Below, piece by piece: positions 39,255 to 50,906 of a DNA stretch of 64,000 nucleotides. The position numbers were made by a program, and so were the translations under genes. This DNA comes from Balanoglossus misakiensis (Eukaryota; Animalia; Hemichordata): contig CM082585.2 of the NCBI GenBank assembly GCA_040954595.2, positions 4,303,358 through 4,367,357 on the forward strand. Direction: 5' to 3'. The notes beneath the pieces were generated by a model. It was given only the letters and a program-made list of their open reading frames with translations, did not search any database and was not told where the DNA came from. Numbering within the stretch: position 1 is the first letter of the stretch; every line of letters begins with the position of its first letter.

Positions 39255-42200
39255 GAGCTCCATCACCGCAGGACCTCCATATGCTGCACACATCCACGTT
39301 GTTCACACATGTTCTTCCATTATCGCATGTGAACTGCTTTTCCCCACACACTGTGTGGGAAACCATTCAGATGTTGGATATTTTACATTCATTTTGGTTA
39401 AAAATAATCCCAGTGTGCTTGCAGATTACCGTTTGTGAACAAGATAGTGTGGTCATACAAGATCATTTTTTCCTCAAAAATAAGACGCTTGATCGTACAT
39501 GTACATAGGAACACCAACCTATCTTCGATTTCTCGCAAGGTACCTGCACCTTCGAAAAACCTTAAAGACCCATGACTGACAACTCGATAAAATATGTTAA
39601 GTTTTAAATATTTATGTGTATTAAATAATATTGCCTGATAGTATATCCAGATAACATTTACCTACGACAAAATGGCCAAAACTACTGAAAGAAATGCCAA
39701 TACGCAATTAACAAAAAGGTGAAATACTGCAATGAAAAATGAAAATGTAATGTCTCAGTGGATTAATATAACTTCTAGTGGATAAAGATTATGCTTGTTT
39801 AGAAACTTTCAAATAGAGGGGATTACGCCGTTTTCATTGCATTTTGCATATTTACATATTATGAGAATCTGCGAGCTTAGTTTTGTCATGGATTCTGTGT
39901 AATACTCACTCTCACAATCCGTCTCGTCATCGTCACAATGTACAATTCCATCACAAATAAAGAAGTTGGGAATGCACGTTCCGTCGCTACATTGATACTC
40001 GTGACTACCACATGCTTTGAAAAAAAATGAAAGATCACTGTTGAGTGCGTGCAAAGAAAAATCCTCTGGCACTGTTTTAACATTAGCTTGTTCTCGTAAC
40101 CAACATTATATAACATAATACATGTTAAGGATATACGCGCATGACATAAACTAATAAACTTCAACTAGTGTCATTTGCACGAAATTTTTCACATAGGTCA
40201 GTTAAGTAAATATAAATTCATTGGTCAAATAAAATCGTGTGGTCACCGCGCTCTATTTTGAGATAAATTGTGTTAAAATGTTTGCCCATAGACAAACCAT
40301 TGGTGAAAAATGCTGAGTCAGCAGTTTGCCTCAAAATTCATGGCTCTGTATTTCAAATACAAGCACGGTGACCCATATATTTTATCACGGATTTTCATTA
40401 TACATACACAGGATAATCCAAAACTCAACAATTAACACTGTGACAACACTTAAAATTTTACTAAACGTGCATCTTTAAACAGATCTTTGCATTGACGTCT
40501 TCCGAAACGAAACCATAGAATGGAGACCGGTTAATGAACTAAAAAATATCAATACATTGCGCACGCTATTTACGCAAGCTTACTAAAACTACTGCCCCTG
40601 TTTATTTATAACCACCCACCTTCGCATCCAATTTCGTCTCCGCCATCTGTGCAATCACGGTAGTTGTCACATCGATAGCTTTCAGGAATGCATCTGCCGT
40701 CCGTGCAGTTATATGGACACGCTGGAAAAGGAATTTTTTGAAGGACTCACTGATTAAAATTGTGAAACATACTGTACATTGTACATTCTCATATTGAAAG
40801 GTGACAAAGTAATGTAAATGCGTCGTCTGAGTGCTTTCTCCTTTAATTGTGAGAACAAATATAGGGTTTGCGTAAAAGCTATGTAGCTTTCGTGAGTATC
40901 TATCAAAACTGGATTTTGTTACTACAATAATATTTATCATTATAAATATTTTCAAATCTATAATTATTGTTCATATGTGACTAAAATTGGACATTCGTTT
41001 TCAATGAAGGTCCCAATACTCGTTTTCCTGTGAAATCACAGAATATGTGGTAAGATTCCACAGACACACCCTCACATAATTCAAGTACACGGCAGATTCC
41101 ATCTTGACTTAATACTAGGCCTTCTGAAATACTTACTTCAAAAAGCAATCACGACATATATAAAGAAGGTAATGTACTTATAGAATACGAGAGTTCTAAC
41201 TCATAACCATGGTAACATTCGCAGTAGAAAGACCCAATTGTATTTACACAGATATGACTACATGTACCATTCATCGTTTCACATTCGTCGATATCTAAAT
41301 TGGGGAAAAAACATTCGATTTATAAACAGCCTGAGAGAAAAATATACAGATATTGGTATATATTTGCTTTCGCTTATTTATCTGAAGCAGAAATAAAACG
41401 TTACACTCATCGAAGACTTATTTCAAGTTACAATTTCTCCTGTGCCCATTATTGTGGCTTTAAACTGATCAGTGACTGTGACATGGTCACATTTGGTCCC
41501 AATATTAGTCGAGGTCAACCTGTTCCTGTTGACAAAGTGTTACTTTACCAACACCCATTTCAAACAGCCTGTTCGATTGACCATGCTTCGGCTCAGTTTG
41601 TATGATATCGGCCGTTTCAGTTTTGGTGACTCTAAGTGTTCTGCTAAATAGGTATTTTTCTATTCTGCTCTGTTACATGGCCACATTTCTCTCACAGATC
41701 TCACCTTCGCACTGGTGTGAACTTGGATCAGGTGTGAAGCCACTTGGACAAGCGCATACTTGTTCGTCATACGGTCCGATTTTCCACTTCTGTTCGCATA
41801 CGTCCTGTCCGATCATGGACTGTGCCTGGGTAGCAAACAATCATGCATATCGACCGTACAAGGCTGTATTTTCCGTATTGAAAACATCAGTATTTAGCAC
41901 ATGGATGCGGACTGTACATGACATGCATCATCTTTAGTTTAATGTCTGCTCCGTTTGTCAATCGCAGTGTCTGGCCGATCTAATTTCATGTAATCTTTTA
42001 GGTGCGGAACAATCAATGCCGGGATTCTCGCACAGGATTACCTTTATCAATAATCTGTACGAATTCTTAAGCTTGCAATAAATGATCGCGTGCACCGGTT
42101 TAAAAAATAATATTACAGTACGTATTCGCGAGTATGAAAGTTTAAAGCACAGTTATGCGAGGGAAAAGTGTCAAACGTACAATTATTCACGCTGCTTTCT

Positions 42201-42441
42201 TTCCAATATCGTTACCAGGGCACCAAGTACCTGACTATTCGAACAGTATCAAATGATTTGAAGCAGCTCCAAAGGTAGACTAACTAAGAAACAGGTTTTG
42301 GTTAATGTTCCACGAAAATACCACAAGGGATCGTTTCGTCTCACGCAAACCGTGTGAATCAAAGCATGTTCTTACCTTGCACCAGATAGCAACCATAATA
42401 AACAGCAAAACTGTAGAGAAACGCACGCGCAACTTTTTCAT
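39255..42441 (-). pseudogene. Orphan 5' fragment of the receptor gene (signal peptide, EGF, damaged EGF, LDLa x2, partial LDLa)
   Basis: Exons on -: 42441-42376 (MKKLRVRFSTVLLFIMVAIWCK), 41825-41705 ([27 protein letters not shown]...), 41294 to about 41180 ([12 protein letters not shown]...GYELE, last Cys missing), 40721-40620, 40014-39910, 39350 to about 39255 (CGEKQFTCDNG...CGDGA, then homology lost). Exon sizes 66/121/102/105 equal those of the + copy. Confidence 0.85.
40125..40478. mobile_element. TTAA-ended non-autonomous DNA transposon (Kolobok-like), copy 2
   Basis: TTAAGGATATACG ... CGTGCATCTTTAA imperfect TIRs. Same core as 13729-14192 but in a different intron. Confidence 0.65.
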
Positions 42442-45400
42442 GTTGTCTATCGCGTTGGTATCGCCAAGAAATGTTTGTTGGCATGAAACATTGAGATGTG
42501 CGCCTTGGGGTCTGTTTTTCCCATGGACTGGGTGGTTTGACTACTCGACCAAAACTTATATAAAGTGTGGATAATTTATCGGAGCAGATATTGTCAAGGG
42601 TCAAAGTGTTATACTAAATGTCATTTGCATAAATTACTTTCTCTGCCAATGACAGTAACAATCATTTAGTCCGTTATGTAGAGGTTCAATGGGCCCAAAC
42701 AGGCCCCTAATACATGTGCTTCATATATGGATACACGAAAATATGAAATACCCAAATGATTGGCGGCTGGAATCACAAAATGTCACTGACAGCAAATTAC
42801 CACAGCCAGCAAAATTATTTTGCTCCCGCCTCTCACTGCAGAGAGGGGATTTCAGGCATAATGCAAAGGATTCACGTCTTCCATGACGCAGACAATACTT
42901 AGTTGGCGTATATGAACTTGCCTATTTGTAGGCTAATACAACAGCATCGTTGGCCGGTTAAAATGATAAGACGTGCTCCAGATAAGAACTCCATTAATAC
43001 CATATCGCATGTAAATGTCCAAAGAGGGTGTCCCCAATGTGCTGCATACTTCGCATACAATCATTGAATTCAATGACAAAGCTCTGCTCACGACACGATC
43101 CTGATTCATAAAATCATTTACCACCCCATTGAACATTGAAAGAAAAGACATGTCTTAGCGTGATATGTGCTTTCCTGATAGCGTTGGCACTTCAGCACGC
43201 TACAACAGCGAAGATACCTATACCTTCTCAGGGGCGTGAAGTTCGTGAACATGAAGGGCTGTAAATCAATAAATCATGGACTATGAATGTATTTATAAAC
43301 GGTAAAAAACATTTGCGTGATATGGGATGCGTGTTCATTTTAACACTTGTATCTCTTGGGGTTAATTCACAATCAGCTGCTTGGGCGTTGCTGTTGACCT
43401 TTCGGTGTTTGTTTTTCTTTAAATATCTCCACTCGCGATAATAATTATCATTCTGTAATAATTCACAAAAACACCAGGGATAACTCAATCAATCAATAAT
43501 GAATCTGCTAAAACTCGGGGCTAAGTTAAAGAGAGTTTCAAACTCTTCTATTCATAAACTACGCGTTTTATCGTCAACGCCCTAATTGAAATTTCACCGT
43601 ACATGAACATTAGTCTCATGTCTTTTATCTTTGGTCAGCGTATAGTTCAATAAATTAAACATGTTTTTCTTCGAAAAGAATCTGTACATTTCAATTTTCA
43701 ACCGTGTTAGGCTGTGCTGAGTTTCGGTCATTTCTATGTCTTGTTCTCATTTATAAAACTAGACACTTTTAGCCCCGGTATCACAGAAGGGGCAATTGCC
43801 TCTGTGTTAGGTGTCCGGACATTAAAATTGTGACGAAATCAACGATTTTATCGTCTAGGGACATTGTTGTTGTAAATTGGTCGGGTCAAGCACTCAGAAA
43901 CGTCGGACTGAGGATTTCTGTATGTTGATTTCCATGCGACAGGAATTGTGTAAAAACTCCAAAATTCATACCTCGAAAAGGATGCAGAATTATATTAAGA
44001 TGAGAATTGCAGGTTGTACATCATGGGATATATTGTCGTTTTTGTTAATATCTCAGACACTTCTTCGCTATTTCTAACGAGGCCATATTGTTGTTAAAGT
44101 GCTTTAATTGTATTACTCCATCCTCATGACCCACGTCCATGAAGTCATCTCTTTGATTTGTGGTCCAAATAACTACATGTAAGTCTTATTTGGTGAATTT
44201 TGTTCCTGTTTTAGCAAAGATTTCAATAGCGGAAACGATTGTTATATGCCTCTCAAAACAATGGATTTAAGAAAATTTAGTTGAAAAGTACAACTCGCTA
44301 CTCGTTTCCGATTGTTGTTGTAAAAAAGTAATCTAAAACTTATGTCAGCCTGTAACGTGTTTTTTAAAATAGAGTTCTTCTTTTTCAAAGTCACCGATTC
44401 AAGTTAAAAAAAATCACTGTCGCCATTGCTTAGCCTATTTAACTGCGATAATTTTAATAGAATAAATCAGAAGAAAGTGAGAAAAGAATGGAACCATACT
44501 TCTTGAGAAGATATATTCAGTACCTATAAACTATTCCGGTTGTCATGCATTCAAGAGGTGACAGATCAGTGGCAGTGAAGACTCCGAGGCTTAACGTCCT
44601 CAAACATTGAGGTTAACAAGGCATCTTACTGTATTTAAATATATTTTTCTCACTTTGTGATTTTTATAGGTTTCTTTACCTTCTAAAACTTTAATTGAAT
44701 TAAGCATTATCATCAAATGCTCAAAAGGATCCTTTCCTGAGATTGAAAAGAAATACCTCGTGCACGTCACCGGAATATACACTGGTATTCGTGAAAAAAC
44801 TTCTTTCAAACATTTCACGAACATTAGCTGATAACCGACACAAATACTTTTTCAATGATTAATGTTGCAGCTTCCGGTATTTTTCTATGGGATTGGCCGA
44901 CATTTTACACTTGACAGAATTAAACCAGTTAAATTTATCTGTTGAGGCATTGATAGCAGTTTAGTCTCTGTCAGTACATCGAATGTTTTTATTTGTGTCA
45001 ATGTGACACGCTTCAAATCACGAAGATACTACCAAAGCCTGTAACTTTTTGCATTGTTCTCTCTTTCTAAAGGCAGTATCAATTATATATTCCAGAACGT
45101 TAAGATGTCAATTTCTGACCGCGATCTACTTTTCGGATTCGATATAAATAAAATGACCTCAAAATGCAGCTCTTGGAATCAACGAATGTAATGAGAACGG
45201 ATGTGTGAATACGTATGTTAGTGTATACTGATACCTGCACCATGAGAAGGTGTGAAATATAATTGTTAAGATTATCTTAAGTATAATGAGACTGTCCTGA
45301 ACTGTACCAGGGGGTACTCATCCATTTATCTATATCAATCCATTCAAACAATATAATGATCAAAATTGCTATTTTGTAAAGAGACCATATTGTTGTTTAT

Positions 45401-46139
45401 AGTGATATAATTGTACTTCTCCATCATCACAGGCATATGTGCACGAAAACATATTTTTGATTCTAGGTCCAAATAATACATGTCAGTCTCTTTCATCAGT
45501 GATTTTTTTACTGTGTTAGCAAAGATTTCAGCACCGGAAACGATTGTTATATGCCTCTCAAAATAGTGCATTCAAAAAGGCTCAGTTGAAAAAGGTCCAA
45601 CTAGCTACTCGTTTCCCATTATTACTGTAATACAGCAATCTAAAACTTATGTCGGCCTAACGAGTTTTTAAAATACAGTTTTTTTCTTCAAAGGAACCGA
45701 TTAAAGTTCAAAACAAACCACTTTCGCCATTGCTTAGCCTGTTTAAAGCTGCACAGTTGATGATAATGACAATTTACTTTGGTAGCATAAAACTCTTAAC
45801 TTTTGTTTGTATAATACTTTACTTGCCGAAAGAAAATAACTCACGAGTGATTTGGTCAGTTGCCATGGTTCAGAATGTAAAAAAATAATAAAAATAAATT
45901 TTATGGGTACGTCCCCATATATTTTTATAAACACACAAATATTGCGACGTAAACGTTACGTCATACAATGTGACGTCACTTGTGCACTTGCGCAGTAAAT
46001 TTTTAGATGATAAGTTCATGAAACTGAATACCGCACTTTGTTTATTTTGCAACAAAGTTACCGTTTCAAACGTTCGTAATCCCACTGTGAGATTGTCTGT
46101 AGTTTACTCTGAACCTTGTATGAGGATGTTTTGCACTGA

Positions 46140-46350
46140 CAACCAAGGAAACTTCCTTATGATGAAGAACAATATATCGAGTATTTAAAACGACAAACTC
46201 CTTCGATTTCATACGAAGAAATTCAACAAAAATTGGCGGAATTTTCGCAAGCAGACGTGTCAATACCCACCGTCTGTCGAACCGTCAGAAATCGTTTGTC
46301 CGACAAAACGTGGACTTGGAAAAAAATGGCTTGTTGCAAACGACGAGAGT
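46140..46350 (+). pseudogene. IS630/Tc1-like transposase HTH fragment
   Basis: ATG-less frame QPRKLPYDEEQYIEYLKRQTPSISYEEIQQKLAEFSQADVSIPTVCRTVRNRLSDKTWTWKKM resembles the second HTH plus basic linker of Tc1-family transposases. Confidence 0.55.
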
Positions 46351-46979
46351 TGTTTAACGTGTCGAATGCTGCTCTACGAAGCTCGTAGTTACCTTCTGAC
46401 CGGGACATTTACACTTGAACGGACTGGGTTCCCCCCACTTCAGGTTGGTATATTCCTCTGAAGCAGAGACGTGAATTGCTAGTTCCGCGGGTTGCAGTGT
46501 ATCCGTCTGTTGAACTTTCTTTTAGAGAATCGACGTATTGCGAAGAGAGACGATTGAGATGAGAATTAGCGGTGTAGGATATAGAGACGACGTACCAAAC
46601 TGCCGTGTTGTATTCTGAATTTGTGTTGTTGAAATGAAATACAACGGAAGAGTTTGAACCGCATCGCTGTATGGACTGATAGTTTTGTGGCAAATTCGGG
46701 CGTGCGAGGCCGCTGCTAACCTTGCAGCGATCACCCGGCCGCTTGAGAGATTTCTCGACCTACGCATGAACTTGTTTGTGGCAGCAAAATATATGAACTC
46801 AGCGTGACAGGTTACATTGTTTGAAAAATAACGTCGCGTCATCGTGCCCAGCGGATATTTTTTCAGATCTGGCTTTTTCAACGTTTGTTTGGCGTTCATG
46901 ATTAGTATAAATCCATGTTCTTGTTCCGCTATTTCCATTCCGAAAACCCCAAAGTTTTAAACGTGTACACTTTGACTAG

Positions 46980-47749
46980 AAAAGGCCTCAGACACCTTCA
47001 TATGAGGTCCGGCAGCCAGGGTGGTATATTTGGGGTTGTTTCTCGGCTGCAGGTGTGGGTTCGCTCGTTCGAATCGAGAACACCATGAATCGCTGGAAGT
47101 ACTTGGACGTACTGCAAAACGAAATGCTACATCGGCTTTGAGACTCGTCGGGCCCGATTTTGTGTTCCAGCAGGATAATGCCCCCGTTCATACTGCCTTG
47201 GATGTGAAATCATTTTTACAAAATCCCCAGGATTACGGCTACCCGTTCGACAATTTCACTACTTTGGAGTGGCCAGCCCAGTCTCCAGATTTGAGCCCCA
47301 TCGAGAACCTGTGGGAGTTAATTGACTTGGAAGTTCATTCCCGTCCAATTCACAGCATCGACGACCTGTTTGACCGCATTGTAACATCTTGGGAACAATT
47401 CCAGCAAAATACGCGTCGGAAACTCGTCGACACTATGCCGAAGGAGAAGGGGTGGACAGTTGTTACGTTCGATTTCAACTAATGAATATTCATGGCGTTC
47501 TTTGCATTGTTGTTCCCATAGAGAATGGAACGTTTCGCCGACTCCGTCGCATATCTATGTTTACGTCGATATTTTTCGCTCAAATTTAATCACACATGAA
47601 AGATTTTCGCTGTACAACTGTTATTTCTCGTGAATTTATTAAATACTTTTGAATTTTCGCTAAAAACTGTCTGCAAGGTGTGTTATTTCATGTTTCATAA
47701 ACGTTTTCACTGCAGAACGTGGGTGCGTAAATACTTATTGGCGGGTCTG
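46980..47749 (+). mobile_element. 5'-truncated Tc1-like element: frameshifted DDE catalytic domain plus right TIR
   Basis: IWGCFSAAGVGSLVRIENTMNRWKYLDVLQNEML, a 1-nt frameshift near 47130, then FVFQQDNAPVHT...WPAQSPDLSPIENLW. Putative right TIR GGGTGCGTAAATACTTATTGGCGGGTCTG at 47721-47749. Left TIR not found. Confidence 0.85.
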
Positions 47750-50315
47750 ATTTGTCTCACTTTGTCATTTTTACAATTTTCTTTACCTTCTTAAAGTTTA
47801 ATTTAACTAAACATGTTCACCAAATGCTCAAAGGATTTTTTCCTGTGATTGAAATGAAATACCATACGCACGTCACTGGTATTCGTAAAAACTGCTTTCA
47901 AAGCAGCAAAACACGGATCATTAGCTGATAACCGACACAAATACTTTTCAATAAATTAATTTTGCAGCTTCCGGCATTTTTCTAAGGGATTCACCGACGT
48001 TTTACACTTGACAGAATTTCAAACAGAGAACTGATGTTTAATTTATCTGTTGAGACATTGACAGCAATACAGTCTTTGTCAGTACATCGAACTGTACTAT
48101 AAAGGGCACAGTTCTCAATTTATCTAATGAGTCCGACCATTAAATATCCCACAACTGCTATGGTATTAGATGGGAAATTATGCAACCCGTTGGCAAATTG
48201 AAAATAAAGATCATCACTTTCTTCGAATATTGTCTTCTTTTTTTGTTTTAACGTCATTTCAACGTTAGCCTATAATCAGTCATACATGTAACAACGCGTC
48301 TGCAAAACTTACGGCGACAGAGCAGCCATCTTGAACGGGGGCTATATGAATGTGGCATCTGTAATCGATCACAATCAAAATCACACTGCCCTCAAGTGTT
48401 GTAGAGGAAGTAGGTCGAGGGTCGATTTCAGCAGCGGTGGATTTTAAGAATGAAACCCGCTATTTAGCTGTCTTAATGGTAGACCAGCGGCACTCTGAAG
48501 GTATGAATCTGGTAAGTCAAATATAACTTGTTCTAAAATATATATGACATTGAACGAACATCCTAAAGGGTGTAAACAGAATTTGTCACGAAAAACTATC
48601 GCGGGAGCATCCAACACAGCTATACATGTACATGTTTACATTATTTTTGTTTACACAGATAATAGCGAGCCATCAGTGATTGGTGTTGACATGTGTCAAA
48701 CTCCTCACAACGAAAGGGTAGGACACTTCAGCAAATTGTTTGGACAATTTAAGAGTTGAATATGTCTTCATCCCTACATACTCACCAGATATAAATCCAG
48801 TTTAATATTTTTCAATGTCTTGAAGAAAAAAAACGATTAAAGCATCCAATATATCGTGACATGCTGTAGTTATTCAGGCTACGACATCTTTCACACACTT
48901 TCTAGCATACGTACAGTTGTGTTACTGCTGGGATTTTTCACTCTGCAGTTGAAAAGAGACATATCTAGTATGAAAGTAGAGACTTGTTGAAGCAGTAAGT
49001 TTTGGGATAAGGTAGACTTTATTAGGTGTGTAAAAGAAATCAATGCTCTAAATTGCGAATTCACAGGTTTTTAAAGTATTCTTAAAAAAGCTAGAGAAAT
49101 ATCCAGCACATGATGTGATCAATATTATCAAACAATCAAAGTGCAAAATGACATTATAATCTATCACGATTGGAACTATTTTGGGATAATAAATTCTGTA
49201 AAACTCTCAGCACAGTACATGTGGCCTACATACTCGACATATTTATCATTGATTTTGTTTTAATTTGATTTGGTCAAACAATGACAGAAATACCACATGC
49301 TGCCCAAGTAGAACGAATACTGATCGGTTTGTACGCATTTTTCGGTATGCAATTATCCTAAAATAGTTCCAAACGTTATCTGCACATTGGTTGCCGGTCA
49401 TTGTCGAAAATGTATATGCCATTGTCAGTCCTTGATGTGTTTTTCACTCGTAAGAACATGGCCAAAACAAGGTGATCATTCACGAATAATACACTTTTTT
49501 ATGGTAACCACTTCTGCCTATATACACCGAATGCAATATTATGTATTTCACGTGGAATGTAATTAAATACTAACGAACATGTTCATTACGTCGACATTCC
49601 TATGCTCTGAGAGTTGTTGAGCAATCGACTCTCAAATCGAATGTTTTGTCAATGGAGTCACCTACGTTGATTGACCTTTATATAATTAGAACATGATGAT
49701 TATATATGAGTCATGAGAAGTCTTCAAAAATAACAATTCTTCCTTTATATTCCATTCTAAGTAAAATGCATAACACAATATCTGAATGCCATGGTTGTAT
49801 TTCCGTAGTAGGATACCACCAAGTGCAATTTAACATTAGAGTTGATAGGAAAAAATACGTCGTTATAGTATTTCAGCTTACTTTTTTTATCAAGACAGAC
49901 CAAACACTCATGTAATGATCTACGGACAACTAGAAATGGTTAAATAACTATAATAGAGGAAACAGTACTTATATATTTGTAACATCTAAATTGAGAGAAT
50001 GGGTAACTATTATCTTTAACAATTTAATACTTGTAGAAAATCAATACCAATTTGATAGAGTAAATATAAGTGATAATGTAAAGAAAATCGTGCCAACGAT
50101 ACATATAAATACATGTAGTCTATAAACCTGGATTCTGGATACGCAATTCTGCTGTGTGAGAAGGGCTCCCTCCAAGCTGCAAGATTCCAGTCCATATGAA
50201 AATAGTCAGATACAAGTGTATTCGACGCACAGTTTCCCAAACTTTCACAATTAACAATTGCCTGTCAACAAATCTATCCACAAAATTATACCAAAAGAAT
50301 TATATAGCCTTGGTT

Positions 50316-50712
50316 TAGGCCAGGAAGAAAAAATAAATTGTTCATCGGAATCGCCGCTTCTACTTGGCTGATTTGGAAAAAAAAATTGGATCTCGGCAAA
50401 TTCTACTTCCGCGTTACAAAATTCTTAGTACTGCCGCTGGTGGCCAGAATATGTTGTGCAAACACCAACTGTAAATGTAATTGCCTAGGTTATTGTTGGG
50501 AAATATAGTATTGAATTCAGTTACAAGTACATGTATCAGTGTTTTTGTCTGAGATATTTCTGGTAAAAAGGGAAACAATTATCTCGCATGGTCTGCATCT
50601 GTGCAAACATGCCAGAGAACCGCATTTACCTTCAGCCTAAATTTTTTTTTATTTCGCTCGCCGCTCCTGGAACTAGGTCCGATGAACAAGATTTATTTTC
50701 TCTCTGGCCTTA
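50316..50712. mobile_element. MITE with about 34-bp imperfect TIRs in the 3' flank of the minus-strand receptor
   Basis: TAGGCCAGGAAGAAAAAATAAATTGTTCATCGGA vs TCCGATGAACAAGATTTATTTTCTCTCTGGCCTTA. Absent from the homologous flanks near 10140 and 36820. Confidence 0.75.
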
Positions 50713-50906
50713 TTGGTAAATTATCATAATTCATTCACATTTAAGCTAGTGGTTTCTGGAATTCGATTAGGAACTCACTTCCGATTACAATATTACTATA
50801 AACATTTAAAATCCAATTTAAAGATTAACATGTTTTACAGTTAAGAATTCAACACTCGAAACTTGAAAAATACCCATTCCAGTACAGACGTACGTTTCTA
50901 GACTTT

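Larger units (their letters stand above)
44080..48093. repeat. Diverged tandem duplication; second unit interrupted by transposon remnants
   Basis: 44080-44450 aligns with 45380-45755, and 44645-44983 aligns with 47751-48093 (e.g. CATTAGCTGATAACCGACACAAATACTTTT, TGTCAGTACATCGAA). Confidence 0.8.

Noticed and set aside
42700-43700. Coding-looking minus-strand stretch upstream of the 5' fragment
   Set aside because: Multiple stops in all frames and no motif I can identify.
46409-46938. Minus-strand ORFs that might be a Helitron Rep or other TE fragment
   Set aside because: The resemblance is too vague to call without a database search.
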